From NCBI GenBank assembly GCA_017472065.1, contig JAFURB010000017.1:5887-69886 (forward strand): a DNA stretch of 64,000 nt, written 5' to 3'. Under the pieces are notes generated by a model. That model searched no databases. It had not been told where the DNA came from and saw nothing but the letters and a program-made list of their open reading frames with translations. Shown in pieces: positions 45,430 to 54,024 of this stretch; within the stretch, counting starts at the first letter, position 1; every line of letters starts with the position of its first letter. The DNA comes from Alphaproteobacteria bacterium (lineage in GTDB: Bacteria; Pseudomonadota; Alphaproteobacteria; Rs-D84). The translations under genes and the position numbers were made by a program.

Positions 45430-47019
45430 ATGATTAAAAACATATATGAAATGCTGCATCAGGCCTGCGAAAAGAACAAAGACCGTATTTTCTTTGTCCG
45501 CGAAAATGAAACCTATGCAGATTTGTTAAGAAAGGTAAAGCAACGTGCCGTCACATTGGCAAAACGCTTTGGTATCAAAAAAGGCGATACGGTTGCACTG
45601 CTGTCGGGTAATACACCGGACTTTGTGCGTTCGTATTTTGCCATTGCATCCCAGGGCGCACGTGTTTTGATGCTGGACACAGGACTACAGACAACCGAAC
45701 ACATTAATATGATTAAGCGTACGGATTGTAAACTGGTTCTGGCACAGAAACATTATTTCATTGATGACGAATCCATCAAGATGGCTGATATCGAATCGAT
45801 TGATGACACAGATGAAAACGAATTCGTCATGGCCGATGTCGAACGCAGTGATGTTGCACAATTATCATTTACATCGGGTTCAACTGGCAATCCCAAGGTT
45901 GTTGGGTTAACACACAATAACCTATTATCATTATGTGATGGGGCACAATTTTATAAAGATGTGATTTTACCAGGATACACATTTTATGGATTCTTGCCGC
46001 TGTATCATATATATGGTGTGGTAATTAATATTATTGTGCCGGTATGCTTGCATGGAAAACTGCTGTTACAGCCGGTATTAAAACCCCAAGAATTCTTAAA
46101 AGATTTCAAACAGTATAAACCAGAAGTTATCCCCGCCGTTCCACGCATTTGGGAAGTATTCTATAAGAAAATCGTTGATGCAGCCCGTGCAAAACACGCC
46201 TGGACATTGATGCGCGTTGTTGTGTCACTGCGTCATGTATTGCGTGCAATTGGTTTGGGTGGTGTTGTAAAAAAAGTAACAAAACCAATCCACGATTTAT
46301 TTGGTGGTAATACTAAGGTTCTGGTTTCAGCCGGCGCAACATTAAAGCCATCGATTCGCAAATTCTATGAAAGATTGGGATTTGTTGTTGGTGACTGCTA
46401 TGGTTTGACCGAAACGACGGGCCCGGGCAACTTTAACTTTGCATTTCGTCGTGCCAATGGTCAAATGTATTATGCCGGTCCATTGTTGGGTAATGAATTA
46501 AAGATTCACAACCCGAACAAAGAAGGCATTGGTGAAATCTGGATTCGCGGAAACATGGTTATGCCTGGCTATATCGATAACGATGCCGCCAACGCAGATG
46601 CATTCGAAGACGGTTGGTTCAAAACCGGCGATATTGGTACATTGGATAAAAAAGGCCGTTTGATTGTAAAGGGACGTCAAAAACAGGTTATCGTTCTGGA
46701 CAGTGGTAAAAACGTTTATCCAGACGAACTGGAAGACCTTTATATGCAAAACGACGAAATCCTGGCCGCGGCGGTATTTGAATATGTGATTAAGGGGAAA
46801 ACAGTCCCATACGGTGTATTCCAGGTAAAACCAGGCACCACCATTGAACGCGTTGATTTCTTGATTAAGAAATCTAATCTGGCAATTGCCCAATATAAAT
46901 GGGTGCGTGATTTTGCCATCACCGAAGAAGAATTGCCACAAACATCCGCCAAGAAAATCAAGCACTTCGCTGTACGCGACATGCTGGATCATGGTGCGTT
47001 CACACGCGCAACCAAATAA
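45430..47019 (+). CDS. AMP-dependent synthetase / long-chain fatty-acid--CoA ligase
   Basis: AMP-binding motif SFTSGSTGNPKVVGLTH, GWFKTGDIG and C-terminal SAKKIKH. Confidence 0.8.
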   Translation: MIKNIYEMLHQACEKNKDRIFFVRENETYADLLRKVKQRAVTLAKRFGIKKGDTVALLSGNTPDFVRSYFAIASQGARVLMLDTGLQTTEHINMIKRTDCKLVLAQKHYFIDDESIKMADIESIDDTDENEFVMADVERSDVAQLSFTSGSTGNPKVVGLTHNNLLSLCDGAQFYKDVILPGYTFYGFLPLYHIYGVVINIIVPVCLHGKLLLQPVLKPQEFLKDFKQYKPEVIPAVPRIWEVFYKKIVDAARAKHAWTLMRVVVSLRHVLRAIGLGGVVKKVTKPIHDLFGGNTKVLVSAGATLKPSIRKFYERLGFVVGDCYGLTETTGPGNFNFAFRRANGQMYYAGPLLGNELKIHNPNKEGIGEIWIRGNMVMPGYIDNDAANADAFEDGWFKTGDIGTLDKKGRLIVKGRQKQVIVLDSGKNVYPDELEDLYMQNDEILAAAVFEYVIKGKTVPYGVFQVKPGTTIERVDFLIKKSNLAIAQYKWVRDFAITEEELPQTSAKKIKHFAVRDMLDHGAFTRATK

Positions 47020-47044
47020 TTGGATTGGCAATTTAGTACACAAA

Positions 47045-47072
47045 CAGACCAAGATTTTTTATTCTTGGTCTG
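47045..47072 (+). terminator. hairpin after the CoA ligase gene
   Basis: cagaccaaga-N8-tcttggtctg, with only a weak T-tract. Confidence 0.45.
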
Positions 47073-47080
47073 CTTATATA

Positions 47081-47109
47081 TTGACAAAACATTATTTATG
47101 TACTATATA
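47081..47109 (+). promoter_or_regulatory. sigma70-type promoter TTGACA-N17-TATATA
   Basis: Shares the tgtacTATAT -10 context with promoters at 5188, 7160 and 49567. Confidence 0.5.
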
Positions 47110-47135
47110 CAATAGTGTGAGTATTGGGGGTGAAA

Positions 47136-47681
47136 ATGAAAAAGGTAAAAAAGGGACGCCTGCAAAAGGCCAAAGAATTAAAAGATGCCCGTGCAATAAT
47201 GTTGCGCGCGATGATTTCGCGTGGTCGTGTCGCATCCGCATCATTGCCCCGTTTGTATGAAGCACTGCGGGCAATGGATGCGTATGAAATGACTAATCGC
47301 GTATCTGGGCTGGATAAACCCGACGCAGACGAAGATACTGCCGACACACTGCGCGCTAAAATAGAAAATGCACAAACAGATGTCGCCAATGCCGACAAAG
47401 CGGCGACCGAATTAAAAGAAATCGAACGATTCTATCGCGCATACCATATTGTTATGAATATGCCGCGTCTGAAAGATTTGCGGGCGCGCCTTAATGTTGC
47501 AAAATACTGGACCGAACAATGGCAAGAAAGAATTAACAGCCTTGCTTTAGAATCTAATATGGATATTGATGAACAATTCCAAGAAAAAGATTATCTGGAA
47601 CAAGAATATGCCAAGGCCATCGACCAGGTTAACCAGATTCAATCCCAAATAAACGAAATAACAAACGGCAAACACATGTAA
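47136..47681 (+). CDS. hypothetical coiled-coil protein (181 aa)
   Basis: ATG 47136 with a GGGGG RBS (the ORF-track start 47124 is TTG). Charged, helical-looking sequence. Confidence 0.55.
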   Translation: MKKVKKGRLQKAKELKDARAIMLRAMISRGRVASASLPRLYEALRAMDAYEMTNRVSGLDKPDADEDTADTLRAKIENAQTDVANADKAATELKEIERFYRAYHIVMNMPRLKDLRARLNVAKYWTEQWQERINSLALESNMDIDEQFQEKDYLEQEYAKAIDQVNQIQSQINEITNGKHM

Positions 47682-47682
47682 A

Positions 47683-47746
47683 AATCCCCCATCCGGGCCC
47701 CGTGCAAACAAATGTTTGCGTGGGCGGACATTCGGGGGATTTTTTT
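47683..47746. terminator. composite bidirectional terminator containing a palindromic repeat
   Basis: Outer aatccccc ... gggggatt stem with flanking A/T tracts. Inner palindrome cgtgcaaacaaatgtttgcgtg (47701..47722). Confidence 0.6.
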
Positions 47747-48917
47747 ATTCTGCCAATATTGCAATTCCAGGCAAATTGCGCCCTTCTATAAATTCCAGGA
47801 ACGCCCCACCCCCGGTCGATACATATGTCACATCATCTTTGACACCACATGCGGTCAATGCCGCAACCGTGTCACCACCACCGACAATGCTTTCCAACTT
47901 ACCTGCGCGTGTTTGTTCTGCAATGGCATTTGCAATCGCAAACGAACCATACGACCACACAGGCGTCCATTCTGCCATACCAACCGTTCCGTTCCATATA
48001 ACCGTCGCAGATTTTTTTATTTCATTAACATCGCGTTCGGTCGTTGCAATACCCGCATCAATGATTATGTCATCATCTTCTATCTGGGTAAAATCTTTGT
48101 TTACGCGTTCCGCATCGCGGGCAAATTCTTTGGCAACGCCTTTGTCCAATGGCAACAAAACTGTACAGTTCTGTTCACGCGCATATTGCAAAATTTCCAG
48201 CGCAACATCTTTTTGATCGGCTTCATACAACGAATTACCAACATTGCCACCGGTCGCATAATTAAATGTGGTCCCCAGCGCACCACCAATAATCAGTTTA
48301 TCAGATAATTTTGCCAATGCCTTTAACACACCAATTTTGGTTGAAACCTTGCTGCCGGCAACAATGGACAACAATGGTCGTTTTGGATTTTCCATAACTG
48401 CGCTAAGATGTTCAATCTCAGACGCCAACAAATCCCCCGCATATGACGGCAAAATTTCTGCGACACCAACGGTACTGGCATGGGCGCGATGTGACACGGC
48501 AAACGCATCATTTACGAACGCATCGAATCCACGGGCCAAATCTGATGCAAATGCGATATCATTTTTTTCTTCGCCCGCATAGAAACGAACATTTTCCAAT
48601 AACACAACATCACCATCATGCATATCGCGCATAAAATCTTTGTCCAGACAATCTGGGATTAATTTTACCCCCATATAATCTGCAACTGGTTTTAATGAAT
48701 ACGCCATGTTGCGTTCCCCCTTGGGCCGCCCCAAATGAGCACAAATCGCGATTCGTGCCCCCATATCGCGCAATTTATTAATTGTCGGCATACTTTGTTC
48801 AATGCGAAACGCATCTGTTATCTGTCCATCTACAATCTGGACATTAAAATCATCACGCAGCAACACATATTTTCCACGTAAATCCAATCCATTAATCGTA
48901 CGCAATTTCATTTTCAA
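47745..48917 (-). CDS. pgk: phosphoglycerate kinase
   Basis: LLRDDFNV, HLGRPKG, STGGGAFLEF. Confidence 0.95.
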   Translation of the reverse strand: MKMKLRTINGLDLRGKYVLLRDDFNVQIVDGQITDAFRIEQSMPTINKLRDMGARIAICAHLGRPKGERNMAYSLKPVADYMGVKLIPDCLDKDFMRDMHDGDVVLLENVRFYAGEEKNDIAFASDLARGFDAFVNDAFAVSHRAHASTVGVAEILPSYAGDLLASEIEHLSAVMENPKRPLLSIVAGSKVSTKIGVLKALAKLSDKLIIGGALGTTFNYATGGNVGNSLYEADQKDVALEILQYAREQNCTVLLPLDKGVAKEFARDAERVNKDFTQIEDDDIIIDAGIATTERDVNEIKKSATVIWNGTVGMAEWTPVWSYGSFAIANAIAEQTRAGKLESIVGGGDTVAALTACGVKDDVTYVSTGGGAFLEFIEGRNLPGIAILAE

Positions 48918-49515
48918 TCCTTTTCTTTATTGGCCCAAAACTTTTTCGATGATGCACCGTTATACCATATTTTTCAATTGCCTGTAAATGCGATTTTGTC
49001 GGATATCCTGCATTTTTATCCCACCCATATTCCGGGAATTGTCGTGCCAAATCCGCCATAATCCTGTCACGTGTTTCTTTGGCAACGATGGATGCGGCCG
49101 CAATTGACATGGATTTAGAATCCCCCTTTACCACCGGCATCCCCGTTAAATTATTTGGCACCCGATTACCATCCACCAAGCAATATGCGTTTTCAATCCC
49201 CAAATTTTCCACCGCGCGTTCCATTGCCCGCATAGATGCCCACAGAATATTTAATTCATCAATCTCGGTGGGACTGCACATCCCAACCGCCCACCGTGTA
49301 TTCTGGGTTATCCAGTCATACGCACACGCGCGTTGGGGTGCGGTCATTTGTTTTGAATCACGAATAATTACCGGCACATCAATGTCGTACGACGGAAATA
49401 TAACCGCCGCCGCCACCACCGGCCCACATAATGGACCACGTCCGGCCTCGTCCAGGCCAATTATCACCCTGGCCCCAGATGCAGCCTCTATTGAAAAATC
49501 AGGATTTAATTTCAT
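48892..49515 (-). CDS. rnhB: ribonuclease HII
   Basis: IIGLDEAGRGPLCGPVVAAAV and DSKQMT motifs. ATG 49515 preferred. 3' end overlaps the pgk start. Confidence 0.9.
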   Translation of the reverse strand: MKLNPDFSIEAASGARVIIGLDEAGRGPLCGPVVAAAVIFPSYDIDVPVIIRDSKQMTAPQRACAYDWITQNTRWAVGMCSPTEIDELNILWASMRAMERAVENLGIENAYCLVDGNRVPNNLTGMPVVKGDSKSMSIAAASIVAKETRDRIMADLARQFPEYGWDKNAGYPTKSHLQAIEKYGITVHHRKSFGPIKKRIENEIAYD

Positions 49516-49566
49516 AACACCCCCCAGGATATCAATTTTTTTCCACAAATAAAATACTTTTTACTA

Positions 49567-49594
49567 TTGACATTTTAATTTTTTGTACTATATT
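49567..49594 (+). promoter_or_regulatory. sigma70-type promoter TTGACA-N16-TATATT
   Basis: ctaTTGACAttttaattttttgtacTATATTaatg. Confidence 0.5.
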
Positions 49595-49640
49595 AATGTG
49601 TGACAGGGTTGAACAACAAGATAACAAAAAGGAAGAAAAA

Positions 49641-49949
49641 ATGGAAAACAAGAAACAAAAAGATTTGAAACGTGAAATGAATTTTTATTTGGCAATGGCA
49701 AAAGTGAACAAGGCGGCTAGCATGGCGGTTTATTATATAAGCTTGGCAACGCCGGTTGCGTTTTTAGGCAAAGCATTTACCGAAAAAACATTTGGTGCTG
49801 GCCTGGAAACAGCATTGGCTGGTGTGGTCATGGGCGCGATTGGTGTTGGTGCCGCCGCCGTTATTCGCCAGATGAATCCTCAAATCTTGCGTGATTATGT
49901 TGAAACACGCAATGAATTAAATGCCATGAATTCGCAAAAGGTAAAATAA
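49641..49949 (+). CDS. small membrane protein (102 aa)
   Basis: AAGGAAG RBS; two hydrophobic segments. Confidence 0.5.
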   Translation: MENKKQKDLKREMNFYLAMAKVNKAASMAVYYISLATPVAFLGKAFTEKTFGAGLETALAGVVMGAIGVGAAAVIRQMNPQILRDYVETRNELNAMNSQKVK

Positions 49950-50212
49950 TGTCAAATTTCAGCCCAAATTATAACGGAAATCAAAAACCAGGCAATAATT
50001 TGGGCCAATTCATATTGATGGCATTTATTACACTGAACGGTATATCAACGGGTAACGTTATTCGCACAGGTCGCGACATCGCCACCAATGGCGCAGATTC
50101 AAATACAATAATTGCCTTGATGTTATATCTGGGGTGCACAATATACACCGCACAGCGCGCCATCGAAATATACAAGAAAATTCACAAAAACGATAACGAC
50201 AAATCCCGTTAA
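49949..50212 (+). CDS. small membrane protein (87 aa)
   Basis: ATAATG-coupled to the upstream ORF; two hydrophobic segments. Confidence 0.5.
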   Translation: MSNFSPNYNGNQKPGNNLGQFILMAFITLNGISTGNVIRTGRDIATNGADSNTIIALMLYLGCTIYTAQRAIEIYKKIHKNDNDKSR

Positions 50213-51102
50213 ATTCGTGATATTACCATATCAACATCCGCATCCGTTGGGGTGCGGTTTATTATTACATCTGGCTTAAATTGGGTACGAAACCATGTGC
50301 GTTGCCGTTTGGCATATTGGTTTGTCTTGTTAATCCAGTCCGTAATTGCCACATCACGGGTTTCTGTACCACGCATAATTGCAACCGCCTGGGCGGCACC
50401 AATTGCCCGTCGCACATCCCAATTTGATTCAATTATTCTGGTGGCCTCGACCAATGCACCGTTATCAACCATTTCATGGATACGCGTTGCAATTCGTGAC
50501 CGCAATAAATCACTGTCCGGATTGATTAAAATCCTAACTGCATCTGGGGCAACAGCACCAACGCGTGGCGCATTTTGAAATTCTGTAATATGCCGCCCTG
50601 TTTCCAAGAAAACTTCGACCGCACGCGCAACACGTTGTGGATCCGTTGCATGGAATCCATCTGGCAACATTTCGCGCGCCACCATAATATCCGCGGCAAC
50701 CATTTCACGCGCACGCATACGATTTTCATCACTTATATCCGGCATCGGCGCAATACCATTTATAACTGCATTTATATAGTATCCTGTTCCACCAACAAAA
50801 ATCGGCACCCGTCCCGCACCACATGCCGCATCATATTCATCACGCGCCATACGAATATAATCACCAACACTAATCTGGTCCGTTAATGGCAGCACCGAAA
50901 ACAAGCGATACGGCACCCCATCGATATTATCGGTAATTTCACACCCAGCAAATGGACTGGCCGAAATATTTTCAATACCGCGATATATTTGAACACTGTC
51001 ACAATTAATAATTGTACCATTAATACGACGCGCCAAATCATGGGCAAAACCTGATTTTCCCGATGCGGTTGGACCTGTGATAATATATGCCGTCTGTACC
51101 AT
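50209..51102 (-). CDS. miaA: tRNA dimethylallyltransferase
   Basis: IITGPTASGKS P-loop and DSVQIYRG. Confidence 0.9.
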   Translation of the reverse strand: MVQTAYIITGPTASGKSGFAHDLARRINGTIINCDSVQIYRGIENISASPFAGCEITDNIDGVPYRLFSVLPLTDQISVGDYIRMARDEYDAACGAGRVPIFVGGTGYYINAVINGIAPMPDISDENRMRAREMVAADIMVAREMLPDGFHATDPQRVARAVEVFLETGRHITEFQNAPRVGAVAPDAVRILINPDSDLLRSRIATRIHEMVDNGALVEATRIIESNWDVRRAIGAAQAVAIMRGTETRDVAITDWINKTNQYAKRQRTWFRTQFKPDVIINRTPTDADVDMVISRI

Positions 51103-51194
51103 TTTAATGGATTATATCCCATAATAAATACTTGTAAATCTAAAAATTATGGTGCTAAAATAAACCCGTCCAATAAAAAAGAAAGGAAATATAT

Positions 51195-52196
51195 ATGTCA
51201 AAAGTAAGAGTAGCAATAAACGGTTTCGGTCGTATTGGTCGCTTGGTATTACGCGCTGCGCTGGAATCAGGACGTGAAGACATCGAATTTGTCGCTGTTA
51301 ACGATTTAGCCCCGGCTGAACAAAATGCATATTTATTAAAATATGATTCTGTACACGGAAATTTACCAATGGATGTAACACTGGATGGCGAATACATCAA
51401 CGTTGGGGGCCAGCATATAAAATGCATCGCCGAACGCGACCCATCAAAATTACCATGGGGCGAATTAAATATTGATGTTGTTATGGAATGCACAGGCATC
51501 TTTACCGCCGCGGACAAGGCGCGCGTTCACCTGGATGCAGGCGCGAAACGCGTATTGGTATCTGCACCATCTGCGGGCGCAGATAAAACAATCGTATATG
51601 GTGTAAACCAAGATACATTGACACCGGACGATTTAATTGTATCAAACGCATCATGCACAACGAACTGCCTGGCACCCGTGGTCAAGGTATTAAATGACAC
51701 ATTTGGTGTTATATCTGGATGGATGACAACGGTTCACGCATACACCGGGGACCAGCAGTTATTGGATAAAAATCACAAAGATTTCCGTCGCGCACGTGCC
51801 GCGGCCCTGTCCATGATTCCAACCAGCACCGGTGCCGCCAAGGCAATTGGATTGGTATTACCAGAATTAGCCGGCAAATTAGATGGCATGGCAATTCGCG
51901 TACCAACCCCAGATGTATCGGTTGTTGAATTGGTTGCGAATTTGGAAAAAGACGCAACGGTTGATGCCATCAATGCTGCAATGAAATCGGCCGAATCCAA
52001 AACATTTGGATACAACGATTTGCCATTGGTATCAATTGACTTTACCCACGATTCACACAGTTCCATTTTCGATGCTGGCCAGACCAAGGTCCTGGGCGAC
52101 AAATTGGTTCATGTAACCGCATGGTATGACAACGAATGGGGTTTCTCGAACCGCATGGGCGATACCGCGGTCGCAATGGGCAAATTAATCAAATAA
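51195..52196 (+). CDS. gap: glyceraldehyde-3-phosphate dehydrogenase
   Basis: INGFGRIGR, SNASCTTNCLAP, WYDNEWG. Confidence 0.95.
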   Translation: MSKVRVAINGFGRIGRLVLRAALESGREDIEFVAVNDLAPAEQNAYLLKYDSVHGNLPMDVTLDGEYINVGGQHIKCIAERDPSKLPWGELNIDVVMECTGIFTAADKARVHLDAGAKRVLVSAPSAGADKTIVYGVNQDTLTPDDLIVSNASCTTNCLAPVVKVLNDTFGVISGWMTTVHAYTGDQQLLDKNHKDFRRARAAALSMIPTSTGAAKAIGLVLPELAGKLDGMAIRVPTPDVSVVELVANLEKDATVDAINAAMKSAESKTFGYNDLPLVSIDFTHDSHSSIFDAGQTKVLGDKLVHVTAWYDNEWGFSNRMGDTAVAMGKLIK

Positions 52197-52222
52197 AAAT
52201 CCCCCGTTTGGGGGATTTTTTT
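52195..52222 (+). terminator. intrinsic terminator after gap
   Basis: atccccc-gttt-gggggat followed by T7; same core as 53994..54024. Confidence 0.8.
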
Positions 52223-52247
52223 ATAAAGATACAGTTTATCTTTATAT

Positions 52248-52276
52248 TTGCATAAGTAAGAATAATTCGTTATAAT
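52248..52276 (+). promoter_or_regulatory. sigma70-type promoter TTGCAT-N17-TATAAT
   Basis: atatTTGCATaagtaagaataattcgtTATAATttat. Confidence 0.5.
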
Positions 52277-52282
52277 TTATAT

Positions 52283-52515
52283 GTTGTAACCGATGGTTAT
52301 GATGGGGTGTAGAGACCCGTTGCACTAAGCGTCTGTGGAACAGTATCCAATGACGCGCCAATTGGCGTGTTTTTTAACATTTGTTTCGCAGATGAAAAAA
52401 CTCCTGATGTTTATCGTCAGGAGGGTTTGCGAATATATTGAATAAGCGACACAATTCTTAGTGATTGTCTCTAACCTCCTGACCACTCGAATATTTTCAG
52501 TGGTTTTTATTTTCG
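52283..52515 (+). promoter_or_regulatory. long 5' leader with two intrinsic-terminator-like hairpins and alternative pairings
   Basis: Terminator 1 is acgcgcc-aatt-ggcgtgt followed by T6 (52353..52376). Hairpin ctcctga-N9-tcaggag (52401..52423). cctcctga (52475..52482) is complementary to tcaggagg (52417..52424). Terminator 2 is accact-N11-agtggt followed by T5 (52481..52515). Confidence 0.45.
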
Positions 52516-52541
52516 ACCTATGACCAAAGCCAAAGGAAGGG

Positions 52542-53891
52542 ATGACAATGAAAAATAAATTATTTTTAACATCACTGGTTGCGATGACGGTTGCGTGCCC
52601 GTTGTCCAGTGTTCATGCAGAATCATTTCCATCAGATTCATTGATGCAGGAAAACAAGACATATGAATCGGCGGCAACATATTCAAACATGGGTGCATAT
52701 GACGGCGATGTGACCGCTGTGGCGGAATATGCCGACACATTGTACCAAATTGCGGCGGGAACATATCTGCCCGCGGCCAGCGAGGGCATAACCGCATCGT
52801 GTCCTGCCAACAGTTATTGCGCGGGACAAACTGATGTAAAATACAACGAAACAATCGACCAAGGATTAACATCCTGTCCGTCGGGATACCCAAATTCATC
52901 AACGGGCGCCAGTGCACAAACCCAATGTTATACGGCATGCACGGTATCGGCTGCGAACATCGCGCATGCAACGGCGGTGTCTGGCAACGATTATTATGGC
53001 ACGGGTGCGGATACATGTGCGGCGACCGCATGCGAAAACGGATACCACGTATTAAAAGACAACTTCATGATTGTTGACACAACACCATTAATACCCATTG
53101 ATTATGCTAAATCGGGTGACGGATACGCGTATGTAGATAACTATCTCCAGATTCAGAACAAAAATTTACCAGATTCTGGTTTGACCGAACGCTTTACATG
53201 GGCAGTGAATTTTGATTCTGGTACGGTATATGGGCGCGCTACTTATCAGAACTATGATAAAACCGGTGCCGTGGCAGCATTTGCCGATGTGTCAAGTGTT
53301 AGGAATGGCGAAATGGCGGTTGAAGAATACAAATCAAAACTAACGGACATCATTGGCGCGACCAAGGCGACATATATGGCGAACCTGGTAAAAGGGCTGA
53401 TTGATGGCAGCAAAACTGATCAAGACCTAACAGAAGCTCGCTATATTCTGTTTCCCGATGAAATTGATACAAATTACAACTCAGGTAGTTCTATGAATGC
53501 TTATTGCTATTGTCAAATGACCGGGTATAAACCACAAGGTGGCGAATTAAGTTCTATCACAGACACCCCATGGGTATTCAACACAACGTGCACCAATCAC
53601 AATACTTGCACACTAACATGTATAAAATTCTGTGCAGAAACAGTATATGGCTCTTATGGAGAAAACAACGATATTTTTCGTGCTGCTTTATTTGGCGCAA
53701 AGAGTTTTGTTGAAGGAGGCACATGCGAGGCTAATGAAATTAGCATCACATGGACAGACGCCACGCCAGATGACATTGCCGCGAATAACGCCGGCATGTG
53801 TACATACGGCGGTGATATTCGCACACCGGTCAAGGCCGCAACCATCCCAGGTAAGACATTCAAGGGATGGAAGTTCAGCAAAGTGAATTAA
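52542..53891 (+). CDS. secreted cysteine-rich repeat protein (449 aa)
   Basis: Signal peptide (MT)MKNKLFLTSLVAMTVACPLSSVHA. CPANSYCAG, CPSGYPNSSTGASAQTQCY. C-terminal ...GKTFKGWKF repeat-like end. Confidence 0.75.
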   Translation: MTMKNKLFLTSLVAMTVACPLSSVHAESFPSDSLMQENKTYESAATYSNMGAYDGDVTAVAEYADTLYQIAAGTYLPAASEGITASCPANSYCAGQTDVKYNETIDQGLTSCPSGYPNSSTGASAQTQCYTACTVSAANIAHATAVSGNDYYGTGADTCAATACENGYHVLKDNFMIVDTTPLIPIDYAKSGDGYAYVDNYLQIQNKNLPDSGLTERFTWAVNFDSGTVYGRATYQNYDKTGAVAAFADVSSVRNGEMAVEEYKSKLTDIIGATKATYMANLVKGLIDGSKTDQDLTEARYILFPDEIDTNYNSGSSMNAYCYCQMTGYKPQGGELSSITDTPWVFNTTCTNHNTCTLTCIKFCAETVYGSYGENNDIFRAALFGAKSFVEGGTCEANEISITWTDATPDDIAANNAGMCTYGGDIRTPVKAATIPGKTFKGWKFSKVN

Positions 53892-53914
53892 TATCACTTT
53901 TACCGACCCGCCCC

Positions 53915-53936
53915 CACGCAAACAGATGTTTGCGTG
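53915..53936. repeat. 22-bp palindrome cacgcaaacagatgtttgcgtg (second copy of the 47701..47722 element)
   Basis: Perfect 9-bp arms. Lies in a convergent intergenic region, as does the other copy. Confidence 0.6.
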
Positions 53937-53993
53937 GGTGAAACCAAGCGGGGATAACAATCCTTGCAAACAAAAAACAAAAACACTAACCAC

Positions 53994-54024
53994 TAAAAAA
54001 ATCCCCCGTTTGGGGGATTTTTTT
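53994..54024. terminator. bidirectional intrinsic terminator
   Basis: A7-atccccc-gttt-gggggat-T7. Confidence 0.8.

Noticed and set aside
47712-48308. Plus-strand ORFs 47712..48308 and 47716..48216
   Set aside because: They are fully antisense to pgk, which has unmistakable conserved motifs. The same applies to 21194..21683 opposite clpX, 24763..25536 opposite clpB, and 49079..49552 opposite rnhB.
52294-52329. Possible 11-codon leader peptide (MVMMGCRDPLH) in the 52.3-kb leader
   Set aside because: There is no RBS, and I have no evidence linking it to the hairpins. This is pure speculation.
53915-53936. Resemblance of ACGCAAAC…GTTTGCGT half-sites to the E. coli PurR operator
   Set aside because: The half-sites are separated by 4 extra bp, and LacI-family operators are spacing-sensitive. 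Both copies also lie at gene 3' ends rather than promoters.
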